Program-made: the position numbers and the translations under genes
Assembly: GCA_964658305.1 (NCBI GenBank)
Contig: OZ210885.1
Span: 13,516,001-13,580,000 of the forward strand
DNA length: 64,000 bases
From: Leptogorgia sarmentosa
Lineage: Eukaryota
Direction: 5' to 3'
The notes under the pieces: generated by a model
The model's input: only the letters and a program-made list of their open reading frames with translations
Database searches by the model: none
What the model was told of the DNA's origin: nothing
Part shown: piece after piece, positions 1 to 12,848 of the stretch
How positions within the stretch are numbered: position 1 is the stretch's first letter
Layout: each line of letters begins with the position of its first letter

Positions 1-210
1 CTTTCCAAATTAATCGATATTCCCAGCAAGAAGGATCCCGTGTAACTATCAAAATAATCATGCTTTTTTCAAATAGCGTAAATTCGCTCTAAAATTCTGG
101 AAGGAATGACAAATTCGGCCAATATATATCCGCGTACCCGCTTTGCTGTGCGATAAGCCGGACGTCGTTGAGCTACTCATTAAATTCAAACCTGATTGGG
201 CCGCGAATAT
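1..210. repeat. Partial MITE arm, same family as 35326-35828
   Basis: Sequence ctttccaaattaatcgatattcccagcaagaaggat... aligns with 35370-35530 and with the reverse complement of ~35600-35780. Confidence 0.65.
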
Positions 211-249
211 TTAACAGTTATTCTGCGAACTCGAGTCGTATATGCTATT

Positions 250-401
250 CAGTGGCGTCGCCAGAGTCGATAAGTGGGGTGGACATATTAATATATTCGT
301 GTTCGCAGACCATAAAAACAATCGATTTCAAAAGAAATTAATTGTGCAAAACACGAATATAGAATATGTCCACCTCACTTATCGAGCTGGCGACGCCACT
401 G
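250..401. mobile_element. hAT-like MITE (152 bp)
   Basis: 15-bp TIR cagtggcgtcgccag/ctggcgacgccactg; 8-bp TSD atgctatt at 242-249 and 402-409. Confidence 0.85.
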
Positions 402-1019
402 ATGCTATTTCGGCAATTTCAGAATCATTCCAGAATCTTATTAAAATAAATGCACAATATACCTTCCTTTGAAGTTACTTAAGATTTCGTTGAAATCCAG
501 CATAAAATAAGGACAATATACTCATTAAAATTGTTAGCTACACGTTCGTTATATTTATAGTTCACAAATCGCAATGACTGCTGCCAAAACACCGGAAGTA
601 AAATGTGCGTGGCTAAAATAACAAAGGCTCCGACGTCAAATTATCCCTAAACCCACACAGATGTACCTAATAATCAAGTACAACGTCGACGACAAAAGAC
701 ACGCACATTTTAAAACTCCGCTGCACGGCTATGCCTACGCAGGGAGGTTAAAAGGCTTTCTTAGGGCAGTTTATATGATCCCACTCACCCGGGATTCAAT
801 GAAGCGCAAAATGATTTTGAGGTATTGAAATGAGTCATAATTTATGATTTGAAGAAATGCTAAACTGCTGGTTGCTCAAGATTTTGTTCTGCTGAAATAT
901 CAAACACGTAAGATGTTGTTGGGCATCAATTTTTGTAAAATATATCTTTTTTGTTGATTTGTACTAAAAGTGTCCTAGTAGTGAGGCGGATATGTGCATG
1001 AATAGTTCCCATTAAGGTT

Positions 1020-1340
1020 AAAAGCATCAAATTTGGTAGAGAGACGTCTTTTTATGAGTACATCAACATTCAAAAGTGGGGCCATTTTGAAAATGGTGTT
1101 TTGATGAGATAGGAGAATTTTAAAAATGGCGCCCCTTTTAAACCGGAAGTGAGTTATTTAATAATCCTAAATAATACCACATTAAATAATAAAAAATAAA
1201 ATAATACCAAATTTGGTAGAAAGGCTTCTTTTTATGAGTACACCAACTTGCAAAAGTGGAAATCTTGCAAAAATGATATTTTGGACAGTTACGAGAATTT
1301 TAAAAATGGCGCCCATTTTAAACCGGAAGTGAGTTAACTA
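1020..1340. repeat. Two ~130-140-bp direct subterminal repeats of the Academ element
   Basis: caaatttggtaga...tttttatgagtaca...caaaagtgg...ttttaaaaatggcgccc...aaaccggaagtgagtta occurs at ~1028-1157 and ~1208-1337. An inverted counterpart (acttccggttt...cgccattttaaa) lies at ~14380-14410. Confidence 0.7.
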
Positions 1341-1589
1341 GTTATCTGTACTGAATTTTATACTGTAGTTAACTAATACTGAATGCTTTGATGAATATGT
1401 GACGTATAACAGTATCAAATGAAACAAAAGTGACACGAATTACAGCTTTCTAATGAAGCCAGAAGATGGTGTTTAATTTCATTGAAAGCGAGGGAAGTAT
1501 ATAACATATCAACAGTACTACTGCTGCTGCTGTTAGGAACAAAAACGCAAGACTAGTACTAGTGACGAAACATTAGTTGTTTCCCATAG

Positions 1590-3803
1590 TCACTCTTTGT
1601 TGGTGCATTCGTCACTACATGTGCACAATTCGCTACAGGTCAAGTTGACCTTAAAACATGAGCACCTTCCTTGGCAACCTTTCTTGCACCCGCATCGTAC
1701 AAGCTCTCGACATGATTTCGTCACATCTGGAAGTGTTGTCCAGAATGGCTGCCAGCCGTCACATGTCATCACCCATCCCCACTCCTCTGGATTTGGCAAC
1801 TGAGGTCTGACCACCAGACACTGACCCCAGCAATGCCCGGCCTGAAGTGCGGTCCTCTTTGCATGCTCACACAGAGCCGCTAAGGTCGGCGGGATCAGAT
1901 CCAGCGATTTGCCCTTCTTTGAAAACAGTGCCTTCCGTGCATCATTGACTTTCGTCTTATCGCTGGTTCGGTCATACATCAGGATGACAAAACGCTGGAG
2001 CAAGTCCATGGTGCCATCAGTGATCTGAGCGATAGGGGAGGACAAAGACAAAAAGGCGTTTGTTACGTCCGGGTATGCTTTCCACGCTTCCATTGCGGTC
2101 TTCTTTCCCCGTCCGGCAAAACAGGAAACGGTATCGCACCCGGTAAAGGCATGAAAGGCAGGCAGTGCTTTGGATCGCTCTTCACCAAGTGTACTTGCGA
2201 TTGAATGTGCGGGAATATACCTCAGATTGATGCCCGTTCCAAAAGCCACCCACATCTCAAGCTGCTCCTCGGGTCGAATAGACGACAGATGATGGAATAC
2301 AGCGACCGCCAACACCAAGACATCTGTATCCACCGTCCGCAGAAGGATCTTCTGATCACCTTGCTGCACCGCATCAGCCGCGTGAAGCAACATTCGTGTG
2401 TCAGCCTCCTCATGCGTACAAGGGGACAAGCTGGTTGTTGCTCTGGGGATTGTGCAGCGTACATCTTGCCCATGTGTGGTGATGACTTGGCCATCCACGT
2501 CGAGCGAGCTTACACAATCTGCCAGAAATATGAAGAGCTCGCGCTTGTTGGAGTCCTCTCGAAGAAAAGAACTCCAGTTACGTGGTAGCTGGTTAATAGG
2601 TGTGACGCGGCGTCTTACTCCGGTTCCTCGTTGACCTCTAGTGGTAGCTTTCAAGCTATTCTCAATGTACTCATCCCATACGATATCTACTCGATCAGCA
2701 TGGCGAAGCTGGGCTTTGATGAAAGGGAGGAATGATTTATTTGCATAATCGGTGAACGTCTTTTCTACTCCTGGCTTGATCATGTTGACAATCACAGCTG
2801 CATCAATGATGATAGTATTGATACCAGTAGGCATATTGCTTTGCAGAGTAACACCATCTTGGAGGCATTCTACCAGCTCTGACTTTTTCCTTGGGAGGCG
2901 CAGTTTTCCGAGATTAGACAGAGATGGTGGACAACCTTGGTTTTCATGTTTAAAAAACTCATCGAGGTCACCGTCTCTGGATTGACATGATATATACAGT
3001 CTCGCAAACAACGCACAATTACTTTTAAGGGAGGAAACTTGTTCTGACGTCTTGGACTTTTTGGGAGCAGGTGTGCTAAAGAGATGAAGCTTGTTTTTCC
3101 TGATGGGATCATACAATGACTTCTTGCGCTCAACCAAACACTCCTTTAAGAAGGTATCGCTTTGTTGTTTGCCCATTGATTCTATTTCACGAAGTGTTCT
3201 CAGTGCTTCAGGATTTGCAATGTCCTTCGTGTCCAATACAAACAATTCTGCTCTGTCCTCCATAAAAGGATTACCCAGATCTTCTATTGAAGCAACTAGT
3301 GCCTTGACATCTTTGAAAGACTTCACCTGGAATGATCTCTGCTCCTCGTGATGTTTTGTTTCGACGTCGTTACTTGATGCAGTGTTTATGTCATCCTCGA
3401 ACTCGTTTACGAGCCGCGCTATCTCTGGTCCAGATACCATCCAGCGTCTAAGAGCACTTTCGTTCTCTGTCAAACCAACAGCACCTCCGTCTCCTTTTAC
3501 AATAGCATTGTTCTGTTCATGCGCCTGGTCAATAGCAATAGCTGAGAAACGCCTAGATGACTTGTTCACTGTGAAGAAACCGTCGTTGAATTTGCAAGCA
3601 ACATCTGGTGCAGTTTGAGGCAAATTGCGCATATCCAGCAGATGTACAGATAACCAACGAGCATAATTGTAATGGTTTAAGGCGAAGAACCACGGGAGTA
3701 TCTTAGCGAGGGAATCGACATACAAAGAAAACTTAGCCTGGCGGATGGACCTCACAAAAACAAGTAAAAGTAACTCGAGCTGCATAGTCAGATACCAGAA
3801 ATG
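1590..3803 (-). pseudogene. Academ protein, C-terminal part: XPG/FEN1-like nuclease and Cys-rich zinc finger
   Basis: Motifs DQAHEQNN, HEEADTRMLLH, TVDTDV, FHAFTGCDTVS.F.G.GKK, and terminal CGCKKGC..RCSC.....CSELC.C. Joined to the upstream ORF by an apparent 1-nt deletion at ~3803 (VPQF|HFWYL). Confidence 0.8.
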
Positions 3804-5757
3804 AACTGGGGCACTCGTGACACCCGTTGGACACACCAATCATCAAATGGAAGGGCGCAGTCTTCGTCGTTGAGCTCTTGTTGGTATTTCGCGTATGCCT
3901 TCTGTAACAAGACATACAGGGCACTTGCAGTGACTTGATGAGCCTTCCTTGTGCGCTTGATATTTGCTGCCTTGATGAATGAGTCAGCAGTACCAGCAGA
4001 GGCAACATCAGCATCTACTAATGCAGCAGTCCAACCACTGTCTTCTAGCCAACTTCCAAGTGCTTTGAGGAACGCCTGTTCGATATGCAACCCACCGAAC
4101 ATTATGACAAACTTCTGCTCACCATAGAGATCTCTCCAATTCCATTGAATCTGCTTTGCTAGTGCGTAGAGGGGCTGGTCAAAAGCGATAACGGGAACTT
4201 GACCTGGATTGATGTATTCCACAGATGCCTTAATAACATCCATTGAATGCTTTATCATGGCAACTGAATTGGCTTCATCTGGGAAAAGTGGCAATAAAGC
4301 AGATATTGCAGACATTGCAGAAGGCACCGCTGTAGAACAATGATAGGCTGCCCAGGAAAAACTCATTTCACTTTCTAAGCTCCGAGACTCGATTAAACTG
4401 TTCACACGTTGAAGCCAATCCATCTCTTCTGCAAACGCTGCAGCGATGCTGTCGCGATCTTCAGTTGGTTGCTGAGGCATCTCTGGTACCGGGATTTTTT
4501 TGTTTCGAAGAGCGACTGGTGGAACATGGGTATAGCTTTCTGGCAAAGCAACGACTTTCTTACTATCTCCAGCTGAATTCGTCAGAGGACCGCGATCTCG
4601 AGCTGTCCCAGGTACGTCTGCTGTAACATGTTGGAATAGGGAAATGCCTGTACCGTGGAATGAATCATTTGCAGTAGTTGAACTAGGGTTGTGATCAATG
4701 TTATCAACTGCGGCGGTTGAAAACAATTGTCGATGCAGATTTAGTGGACAGACAACACCATCTGCTTGGTAACGATGGCATACAGCATTACCCAAGTCAG
4801 TAGAGATGGCAAGAACTCTATCATAAGACACACAGAGTCCCAAGTCATGCATTGTCTCTATCAACTCACGGCTGCGTGTTTTGGCATGAATGGAAAGTCC
4901 AATGAACAATGGTAAGGGCGTTTCCCGATTCTTATTTCGCCGCTGTCGCTTCACGTCTTCATCACGTCGTCGTATGAAGCTATTGAACTGGATCAATTGG
5001 CTAATTGTGACACCTGCTTGACTTTTCGACATGGCGCTGGATTGCATGTCTATACTTGGGCCATATAGGATCATGTTTATTAACGAGAGAAGAGACGCAG
5101 GAACAGATTTTAGCTGACACCCTTGCTCAAATGACCCATCGAACTGACAGTTCTTAGCAAACATATCTTTCCTAATGATAGATGCTGTCTTGGCCAGGTG
5201 TATTGCCTCTTCATCACAAGATTCGTCGTGGACACTCCGCACTGTAGCACCAAGGTCACCACCGAAAGCTAGATAAACGTGTTGTCCTTCTTTGTAATCT
5301 TGCAAACCTGGTAAGTGAGTAAGTATGCGCTCTTTTAACCGTGTAGGGTATTTAGAACATGGAACGGGCTGATTGAGAAGCTGTGCCATCCGAGTATTAA
5401 ACATGTTGCCTAAAGTGGAAAGTTTGAATACTGCTGGATGTTCTTTGTCGCTACTGGCACGTTTTTCTTCAATATATGAAACCAGCTCTGCAAGCGCGAT
5501 ACTGTCTGGTCTCTGGACTTCGTCTTCTTTATCTTGCTGTTGGGCAACTCCAGCTTTCTTGTAAAACGATACGAGACAAGGTGCATGGTAACGGGCTTCT
5601 AAAGCGACAAGATCTCCTTCACTTAGTTTTGCCAGAAGCCTCTCATCCTGAAGCGTGTAAGCACACTGCCTGACTCGGACATCAAGATTGAGGGTGGATG
5701 CTTGGTGCAATGCCTTTTGACGCGTCGCAGGCTCACCGCAAAAAAAGCATGTTGGTG
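3803..5757 (-). pseudogene. Academ transposase, central part
   Basis: 640-aa ORF with DLVALEARYH..C, VDNID...SFHGT, FDQPLY and GGLHIE motifs. Continues in frame from 13079-13488 once the Gypsy element and one TSD copy are removed (AENAAP|TCFFCGE). Confidence 0.8.
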
Positions 5758-5987
5758 TGTTAAGCTGTAAATGTTAGGTTATAATTATAGTTAGGGTGAC
5801 AATTGACAAAGAAATGACAAGTCGGGATATCAGATATCATATGCATGCTTTTGTAGTCTGAAGTCAGATACCAAAAGGTGAAAAGTGTATAATCACTACA
5901 TTGGATTGTAAAGTTCCTATTAATAAAGATTCTCGAGCACAACGCGATATATATTAATTACAAGGACCTGTAGCCGCGAGGCTAACA
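5758..5987 (+). repeat. 5' LTR
   Basis: tgttaagctg...ggctaaca; contains AATAAA; identical by eye to 12849-13078. Confidence 0.95.
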
Positions 5988-5989
5988 TT

Positions 5990-6000
5990 TGGCGACCCCA
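5990..6000 (+). promoter_or_regulatory. Primer binding site
   Basis: TGGCGACCCCA, 2 nt after the 5' LTR; TGG is complementary to the tRNA 3' CCA. Confidence 0.8.
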
Positions 6001-6286
6001 CAAGGATAAGGCTTTTTACCGTCGAGAATCGAGATGAGTCAAGACCGCGCAACATATTCGAGGTGAGATCGTTTCAATTTGTTGTGTAACAGAAAATATG
6101 TTGGTAGGAGAAGTTTAAACAGTCTGGAATCCGCGTCATAGTTAGGACGAGAACATTGCTATTATAGACAATCGAACAGTGTTTTGATGCTAATATCTAT
6201 AGTTTGTACGATTAAACTGTGTATGAAATCGCGCAAAAATTGTTGAAACGACAAAACGCGCGCAGGCGCTTGTATTAATAAACAGC

Positions 6287-7675
6287 ATGACTACGGAGGA
6301 TCTTGAAGAGTTACAGTTTGAGCTAGAGTCCCTATTATACACTAAGAACCAGAGTGAATTAAACGAATTCGCGGTTTCGATAAAAGTGGACGTCGAACTC
6401 GCGGGTAAAAGCAAAATAGCCGCAACGAAACTTATCCAAAAGTCGATCGAACAAAGGCTAAATGCAGAGGGGGAAGTGGCACAGAAAGTTGAGTGGGTTC
6501 AGAACGCTATTGAGTCTTTGAAACCTAACAAACCTGAATCGCAGGAAAACGTACCCGATGATGCGCTAAGCGAATTAAAGAAGCAAATTGAGGAATTGAA
6601 ACTAAAACAACAAGCGGAAATGGACAAGATGTTGTCAAAACTCGCGACAAAAACAGTGCACGAGACAAAGCATGACGCAGATAAATTAGAAATCCCTAAT
6701 GAAACAAAATTTTCTGCCAGAGAGTCATTTTTGCGTCGCGAATTTAAGATTTCAGGACAAATTGGTGAGCCAGGTCAAACGGACAAATTAACATTCGTGT
6801 CACTCACTCATCAAATCGATTCCGGGTTAAAGCGCCAGTATAAAGAATGCGAAATTGTCGATGCTGTGATTCGCGCTATTTCCTTGCATAGCAGCTTACG
6901 TAGTTACGTCGAAACACTGAATGATTTGTCCCTCCCCAAACTAAGAAAGATCCTTCGAGTGCATTATCGAGAGAAATCTGCATCTGAACTGTACCAACAG
7001 CTGGCTACGATCTTTCAACACCCAAAAGAGACAGCACAGCAGTTCCTTCTTCGCGCACTCGACTTACGTAACAAAGTAGGGTTCGCAAGCAAGGAATCAG
7101 ACTGCGAAGTCCACTACGATGAACCCCTAATCCAAAATACTTTTATGAAATCCTTTGAGACGGGTCTTCGGGACGATATTCTCGCAGCGAACTTGCGACC
7201 CATTCTTCGAGTATCCCCGTTGACAGATGAAGACTTAATGAGACACGTCAACGAGTTGGCATCCCACCAAGCGGAAAGACAAAACAAGCTTGCCTCGGAA
7301 AGAAGGCTTGCCAAAATTAACTCATGTGAAGTTGATGACTCGAAGAAATCGATTAACAGCAACCAACAAATTCTGGCAGAGATTCGGGAAATGAGGACGG
7401 AAGTGGAAAATCTGAAACGACAGCAAGCCACTCGAAGCGATTATGTACCGAATGACAATCGAAACGAGTCGTACAACGATCGGGGACCACCGAAAATCAT
7501 GCGGTTCCGTGGACGAGGATGTCAAGCTTGCAAAAAACGCAAACTTGGAGCCACATGCAGACACTGTTTTGCATGTGGGGAGTTGGGACACATAGCTTCA
7601 GAGTGTGAGAAGAATATACCTCGACAGAATCAGGGAAACGGGAGACGGCTACCCCAAGCGTGGGACAGGGATTAG
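6287..7675 (+). CDS. gag: Gypsy Gag with CCHC zinc knuckle
   Basis: 462-aa ORF with coiled-coil segments, a capsid-like [10 protein letters not shown] motif, and [14 protein letters not shown] (CX2CX4HX4C). Confidence 0.92.
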   Translation: MTTEDLEELQFELESLLYTKNQSELNEFAVSIKVDVELAGKSKIAATKLIQKSIEQRLNAEGEVAQKVEWVQNAIESLKPNKPESQENVPDDALSELKKQIEELKLKQQAEMDKMLSKLATKTVHETKHDADKLEIPNETKFSARESFLRREFKISGQIGEPGQTDKLTFVSLTHQIDSGLKRQYKECEIVDAVIRAISLHSSLRSYVETLNDLSLPKLRKILRVHYREKSASELYQQLATIFQHPKETAQQFLLRALDLRNKVGFASKESDCEVHYDEPLIQNTFMKSFETGLRDDILAANLRPILRVSPLTDEDLMRHVNELASHQAERQNKLASERRLAKINSCEVDDSKKSINSNQQILAEIREMRTEVENLKRQQATRSDYVPNDNRNESYNDRGPPKIMRFRGRGCQACKKRKLGATCRHCFACGELGHIASECEKNIPRQNQGNGRRLPQAWDRD

Positions 7676-7697
7676 CCGACGAAAAGAAAGTGTCCCA
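7633..7697 (+). promoter_or_regulatory. -1 programmed ribosomal frameshift signal (slippery heptamer and pseudoknot)
   Basis: G GGA AAC at 7633-7639 in the gag frame, and pol is in the -1 frame. cggcta 7646-7651 pairs with tagccg 7673-7678; loop tgggaca 7661-7667 pairs with tgtccca 7691-7697. Confidence 0.8.
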
Positions 7698-10600
7698 TCA
7701 GTGCAACGGCTGCAATCAAGCTTTGGAACGGACTTTTTGGCGTTGTCAATGTTGTAAGCTGGTAAACTACTGTGGTACGAAGTGTCAACGAAATCATTGG
7801 CCACAGCATAGAACATTGTGCAACGCAATTAAGCAGCAAATCCAAAATAGGAAACAGACGACAGAAGACGCGAATTCGGGTATTTTCGTCAGCCATTTGA
7901 CACCAAAACAACACAAAAAGGTAGTTAGCCTGGTAGGCAGGAGATGTTCAATCAGAGCAAAGCTTAACGGGAAAAGTGCAGAGATTCTGTGGGACACCGG
8001 AGCCCAAGTCTCTATCGTTTCGACCAGCTTCATAAAGAGGAACTTTCCTAACGTTTTGGTCAGAGATATTAGCGAATTACTGGATGGCAACCTTACCGTG
8101 ACCGCAGCCAATGGTAGTAACATACCGTACAAAGGATGGGTTGAACTGGATCTCCAAATTGGCGATTCTGAGCAGGGACTTTCTGTCCCGTTTCTAGTAG
8201 CAAGTGAAGAAATGGAACTTCCATTGATTGGCTTCAATGCAATAGAACACTTGATCAAAGTTAATAATCTACAAGGTAACGAGATGGCAGCCGCTCTAGT
8301 TGGCGTAAACGCTTGTGATGCGACAGCTCTTGTTGATTTCGTGAACGGAGTAAACCACGATGAATTATGCCTTGTAAAAACCTGCAAAAAAGACGTGGTC
8401 ATACCTCGGGGAAAATCTCTTAAAGTGAGCTGCAGAGTGAATACTGGCCCCCTAGACAAGCCGACACCAGTGCTGTTCGAAGCTGATGAGAACGGTCAGT
8501 GGCCGTCTGGTCTTCACGTTTCGGACACATTATTGACAGCTATGGCCGGGAAATCTAGCCGAGTGGAAGTAGAAGTGAAGAATACGACCAAGCATGACAT
8601 AGTATTACGGAACAGAACGGTGCTAGGGCGGCTACAACTTATTCAATCAGTCACCCCGTTCGAGGTGATACTAAAGACAGATAACGATGAAAAGGCGCCT
8701 TCCAAATTAAATGAAGAAGCCAAGATCCCTAACGACGATGATGACCACCAGACAGCGAACTGGCCAAAACATTTGGACGACGTGGATTTGGGAGATTTGA
8801 ACAGTGAAGAAAGAAAAGCTGCGACGCAGCTGCTTACCGAAGAGGCTGATGCGTTTGCCATAGATGACGATGATGTCGGGTGCATCACAGAGCTTCAAAT
8901 GGATATCAAACTCCACGAAAGCACACCCGTTCAGAAGAACTATGTCGCTGTGCCCCGACCACTATATCCAGAGGTGAAAGCATATATCGAAGACTTGTTG
9001 AATAAAAACTTTATTCGCAGATCGACTTCATCTTATAGCTCGCCTGTGGTTTGTGTACGGAAGAAGGATCAGAGCCTACGCCTATGTGTCGATTACCGTG
9101 AGTTAAACAAGAAGAGCCAAGTAGATCGTCACCCAATACCGAGGATCCAGGAAACCCTAGACAACCTCGGTGGGAGCTCGTGGTTTTCAGTACTTGATCA
9201 GGGTAAAGCCTACCATCAAGGGTTTCTTAAAGTCGAAAGCCAACCTCTTACTGCCTTTATCACGCCATGGGGACTGTATGAGTGGATTCGGATCCCATTT
9301 GGGCTATGTAATGCACCAGCCTCCTTCCAGCGTTTCATGGAAACATGTTTAGGGGATCTACGAGATGACATATGTGTACCATACCTTGATGATATCATCG
9401 TGTTCAGTAAATCATTTGACGAACACATTGCACATCTCCGGAAAGTTCTTCAACGCCTTAAGGCACATGGTGTCAAGCTAAAACCGAAGAAATGTACCAT
9501 GTTTAAACGCGAGGTTTTGTTTCTCGGGAGAATCGTGTCAGAGGAAGGATACAAATTGGACCCATCTACGGTTGCTCCAATTCTTCACATGAAAGAAACA
9601 CCACCAAAGACCGTAAACGAAGTCCGTAAACTAATGGGGTTCCTAAACTACTACCGTCGGTATATTGAGAACTTTTCAAGAATCGCCAAACCAATTTACG
9701 ACCTTGTCAAGCTAGTCGACCACGATAAAAGTGATGTTAACCCCAAGCGGAAATATCGGAATCAGCCACCTCCAAATCAACAAATCTCTTGGACTGACAC
9801 CCATCAATCGGCCTTGGAGAGGCTCATTCAATGTCTTGTGAGCGTTCCAGTAATGGCCTACCCTGAACCCAATAATCCCTTCGTGTTGCACACCGACGCA
9901 TCCGAAAGCGGTTTGGGCGCTGTACTGTACCAACAACAGAATAAGGTTCTACGTGTCATCGCTTACGGCTCCCGCACGTTGACGACAGCTGAGAAAAACT
10001 ACCATCTTCATTCCGGCAAGTTAGAATTTCTCGCACTAAAGTGGGCAATTTGCGAACAGTTCAGAGACTATCTTTACTATGCGCCAAGTTTTGTTGTGTT
10101 CACCGATAACAACCCATTGACATATGTCTTGTCTACGGCCAAATTAAACGCAACAGGACTTAGGTGGGTAGGAGAGTTAGCAGATTTCAACTTCACCATT
10201 CGTTATCGACCGGGGAAAGCAAACGCTGATGCCGACACATTATCGCGAGTGCCAAAAGATATGGACAAATACATGAAACTATGTACTGAAGAAACGACAC
10301 AAGACGAGTTACGGACAATAATCCAAACAGTGAATCTCCAAGAGCAGGGAAAGGTGAACTGGGTGTCCTCGCTGATCAACGATCCAACTGTCCTAAATGC
10401 TGACGCGTCGAGAACCCCAAAGATCAACAGATCAACATTGGACGTTGAGGACGTAAGACAAGCTCAAATCGAAGATAGCATTATTGGTAAAGTGTACTCG
10501 TTTATCAAAGCAGACAAGCGACCTACGACGAGTGAGCGAGCCCGTGAATCAACCGACACACAATCGCTTCTACACGAATGGCAGAGACTGTCAATTGCTT

Positions 10601-12501
10601 CAGACGGAGTGTTAAGGCGAAAGAAAGGAACACATGAGCAAATAGTCCTACCCAGAAAGTATCACGCAATGGTACTGAGGGAACTCCACAACAACATGGG
10701 TCATCTTGGTTCTGATCGTGTTTTGAATCTAGCCAGAGATCGGTTCTACTGGCCTCGTATGCAACGGGACGTTGAACATTACGTAAGGAACGTTTGCCGC
10801 TGTGTGAAACAAAAACCTCCACGGCTGAAAATACGGGCTCCACTGCAACCGATTATAACTACTTCGCCATTCGAGTTGGTCTCAATCGATTTTGTTCATC
10901 TGGAGAGGTCGAGTGGTGGGTTTGAGTACATCTTAGTGATCGTTGATCATTTTACACGATACGCGCAAGCTTACCCGACTCGAAACAAAGCTGGAAAAAC
11001 CGTTGCCGAGAAACTTTACAACGATTTCGTGTTACGGTTTGGGTTCCCCGCCAAATTCCATCACGACCAAGGGGGGGAATTCGAGAATCAACTCCTCGGT
11101 AGGCTGGAACAACTTTGTGGCGTAAAGCATTCCCGGACGACCCCTTACCACCCGCAGGGTAACGGTCAAGTGGAAAGATTTAATAGGACGCTGTTAGACA
11201 TGCTTAGAACACTCCCTGAAAATCAAAAGTCACACTGGAAAGACCATGTTAACAAGGTTGTACATGCGTACAATTGTACACGGAACGACACCACCGGGTA
11301 TTCACCATTCTTTCTCCTCTTCGGGCGACCACCCCGACTACCAATCGACCTCCTGCTCGACCCCAACCTAGCAACCACCAGCAGGACCTACCCTCAGTAC
11401 GTGTCCGAGTGGAAAGACGCCATGCACGAGGCATATCAGTTGGCTGGACGAAAGGCAAAAGAGAAAGGTGATAAAGCGAAGAAATACTACGATCGTTGGG
11501 TACGGAGTTCAGTACTACAGCCGGGTGACAGAGTATTGGTACGGAACTTGAGTGAACGTGGCGGCCCTGGAAAGCTGAGATCTTACTGGGAAAAAGACAT
11601 CCACGTTGTGGTGCGAAGAAAGAGTGCGGAAAGTCCAGTGTACGAGGTCAAACCTGAAGGTACTCCGAAGAAAAGGCGGACGTTGCATAGAAACCTCCTC
11701 CTTCCGTGTGATTTCTTGCCAATGGACAGTCAAACAACCGATGGAGCTCCACCCCCACGACCTAGTAAAAGACGACAAGCAGAACACGTTGATCCGAATA
11801 TAAACAGTAGTGAGTTGTCTAGTGATGACGAAGACACGCAGGAAGTCATAGTGAACGTCCATCCCAGAAATACACACCCTGACGGTTCGGTCGAGAACGC
11901 AGTAGAGAACGAGAACGTAGTTGAAAACGAGAACGCAGTCGATAACGAGAACGCAGTCGAGAACGAGAACGCAGTAGAAAACGTAGTTGAAAACGAGAAC
12001 GCAGTCGAGAACGAGAGCGCAGTAGAAAACGTAGTTGAAAACGAGAACGCAGTCGATAACGAGAACGCAGCCGATAACGAGAACGCAGTGCAGAACGAGA
12101 ACGCAGTAGAAAACGGGAACGGAGTCGAGAACCAAAGTGACAACGCAGGCGAGGCGGAGAACGCGGTCCACACCGAGGAGATTGAACAACCAAGAGCAAG
12201 AAGATCGAGGCACCCACCTGACCGCTTGACATATTATGGACCTGGCCAAGCTGACTCAGCAAATCTATTCTACATGACAGCAACAACCCCACCACCTCCG
12301 TTTACGTGGCCACCACCTTTGATGTTTCCAGAGAATACACCCTTTCCCTCTGCCCAACCAGCTCCCTGGCATTGGCCCCCTTTCGTGAACCCATACCCAT
12401 TCCCCCACCACAATACACCCTTTCCATCAGTCAACCCTTACCAACTCGTGTATGGACAGCTGGCGATGCCGTATCAAGCAAGCTGGGATTTCAATTATTA
12501 G
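7660..12501 (+). CDS. pol: Gypsy Pol: MYND finger, aspartic protease, RT, RNase H, integrase, low-complexity tail
   Basis: 1613-aa uninterrupted ORF. LWDTGAQ (protease), [11 protein letters not shown] and YLDD (RT), HTDAS and TDNNPL (RNase H), H-H-C-C with IDF, HDQG.EF and GQVER (integrase). Confidence 0.96.
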   Translation: MGQGLADEKKVSHQCNGCNQALERTFWRCQCCKLVNYCGTKCQRNHWPQHRTLCNAIKQQIQNRKQTTEDANSGIFVSHLTPKQHKKVVSLVGRRCSIRAKLNGKSAEILWDTGAQVSIVSTSFIKRNFPNVLVRDISELLDGNLTVTAANGSNIPYKGWVELDLQIGDSEQGLSVPFLVASEEMELPLIGFNAIEHLIKVNNLQGNEMAAALVGVNACDATALVDFVNGVNHDELCLVKTCKKDVVIPRGKSLKVSCRVNTGPLDKPTPVLFEADENGQWPSGLHVSDTLLTAMAGKSSRVEVEVKNTTKHDIVLRNRTVLGRLQLIQSVTPFEVILKTDNDEKAPSKLNEEAKIPNDDDDHQTANWPKHLDDVDLGDLNSEERKAATQLLTEEADAFAIDDDDVGCITELQMDIKLHESTPVQKNYVAVPRPLYPEVKAYIEDLLNKNFIRRSTSSYSSPVVCVRKKDQSLRLCVDYRELNKKSQVDRHPIPRIQETLDNLGGSSWFSVLDQGKAYHQGFLKVESQPLTAFITPWGLYEWIRIPFGLCNAPASFQRFMETCLGDLRDDICVPYLDDIIVFSKSFDEHIAHLRKVLQRLKAHGVKLKPKKCTMFKREVLFLGRIVSEEGYKLDPSTVAPILHMKETPPKTVNEVRKLMGFLNYYRRYIENFSRIAKPIYDLVKLVDHDKSDVNPKRKYRNQPPPNQQISWTDTHQSALERLIQCLVSVPVMAYPEPNNPFVLHTDASESGLGAVLYQQQNKVLRVIAYGSRTLTTAEKNYHLHSGKLEFLALKWAICEQFRDYLYYAPSFVVFTDNNPLTYVLSTAKLNATGLRWVGELADFNFTIRYRPGKANADADTLSRVPKDMDKYMKLCTEETTQDELRTIIQTVNLQEQGKVNWVSSLINDPTVLNADASRTPKINRSTLDVEDVRQAQIEDSIIGKVYSFIKADKRPTTSERARESTDTQSLLHEWQRLSIASDGVLRRKKGTHEQIVLPRKYHAMVLRELHNNMGHLGSDRVLNLARDRFYWPRMQRDVEHYVRNVCRCVKQKPPRLKIRAPLQPIITTSPFELVSIDFVHLERSSGGFEYILVIVDHFTRYAQAYPTRNKAGKTVAEKLYNDFVLRFGFPAKFHHDQGGEFENQLLGRLEQLCGVKHSRTTPYHPQGNGQVERFNRTLLDMLRTLPENQKSHWKDHVNKVVHAYNCTRNDTTGYSPFFLLFGRPPRLPIDLLLDPNLATTSRTYPQYVSEWKDAMHEAYQLAGRKAKEKGDKAKKYYDRWVRSSVLQPGDRVLVRNLSERGGPGKLRSYWEKDIHVVVRRKSAESPVYEVKPEGTPKKRRTLHRNLLLPCDFLPMDSQTTDGAPPPRPSKRRQAEHVDPNINSSELSSDDEDTQEVIVNVHPRNTHPDGSVENAVENENVVENENAVDNENAVENENAVENVVENENAVENESAVENVVENENAVDNENAADNENAVQNENAVENGNGVENQSDNAGEAENAVHTEEIEQPRARRSRHPPDRLTYYGPGQADSANLFYMTATTPPPPFTWPPPLMFPENTPFPSAQPAPWHWPPFVNPYPFPHHNTPFPSVNPYQLVYGQLAMPYQASWDFNY
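11893..12130 (+). repeat. Coding minisatellite, ~18-bp unit encoding (ENENAV)n
   Basis: Repeated gagaacgagaacgcagt variants in the pol tail. Confidence 0.9.
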
Positions 12502-12835
12502 AAACTTATTAACATTTTTCAATTATTAACATTTACTACTTTTTTTTTATATTAAAAAAAAAAAAACGCTCCGAACTTTACAATAGTATTTAGGATTCAC
12601 AGTATCCAGAAGCTATCAGGCGAGATAAGTAGACGTTTATGCCATGGTGATACAAGCTGCAGCGTATTATTTTGGTTACCAAGTAGAAAGAGGATCCGGT
12701 AAAGAGTTTTGTAGTGCTGTGATAGGTTCACGAGAAACGCATGTTTCTGGACTAACAAAGTACCACATGGTACGTAACGATAGGATATAGAAGCATATTG
12801 AAGAACCCCAAGTGTCACGGGACGACACTTATTTT

Positions 12836-12846
12836 AAGAGGGGGAA
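12836..12846 (+). promoter_or_regulatory. Polypurine tract
   Basis: aagagggggaa, 2 nt before the 3' LTR. Confidence 0.85.
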
Positions 12847-12848
12847 TA

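Noticed and set aside
467..666. Conserved segment with AG/GT-like flanks in both duplicates, as an extra exon
   Set aside because: All three minus-strand frames have early stops in this copy, and the required phase is also closed in the paralog. Exons 38547 and 33062 join in phase without it.
8370..8650. dUTPase between protease and RT
   Set aside because: The beta-rich spacer lacks recognisable dUTPase catalytic motifs and cannot be supported without a profile search.
11515..12295. Three antisense ORFs of 147-244 aa
   Set aside because: They result from the stop-free ENENAV repeat.
12502..12848. env gene or third ORF in the Gypsy element
   Set aside because: Only ~350 nt of AT-rich UTR, with no ORF bearing a signal peptide or TM segment.
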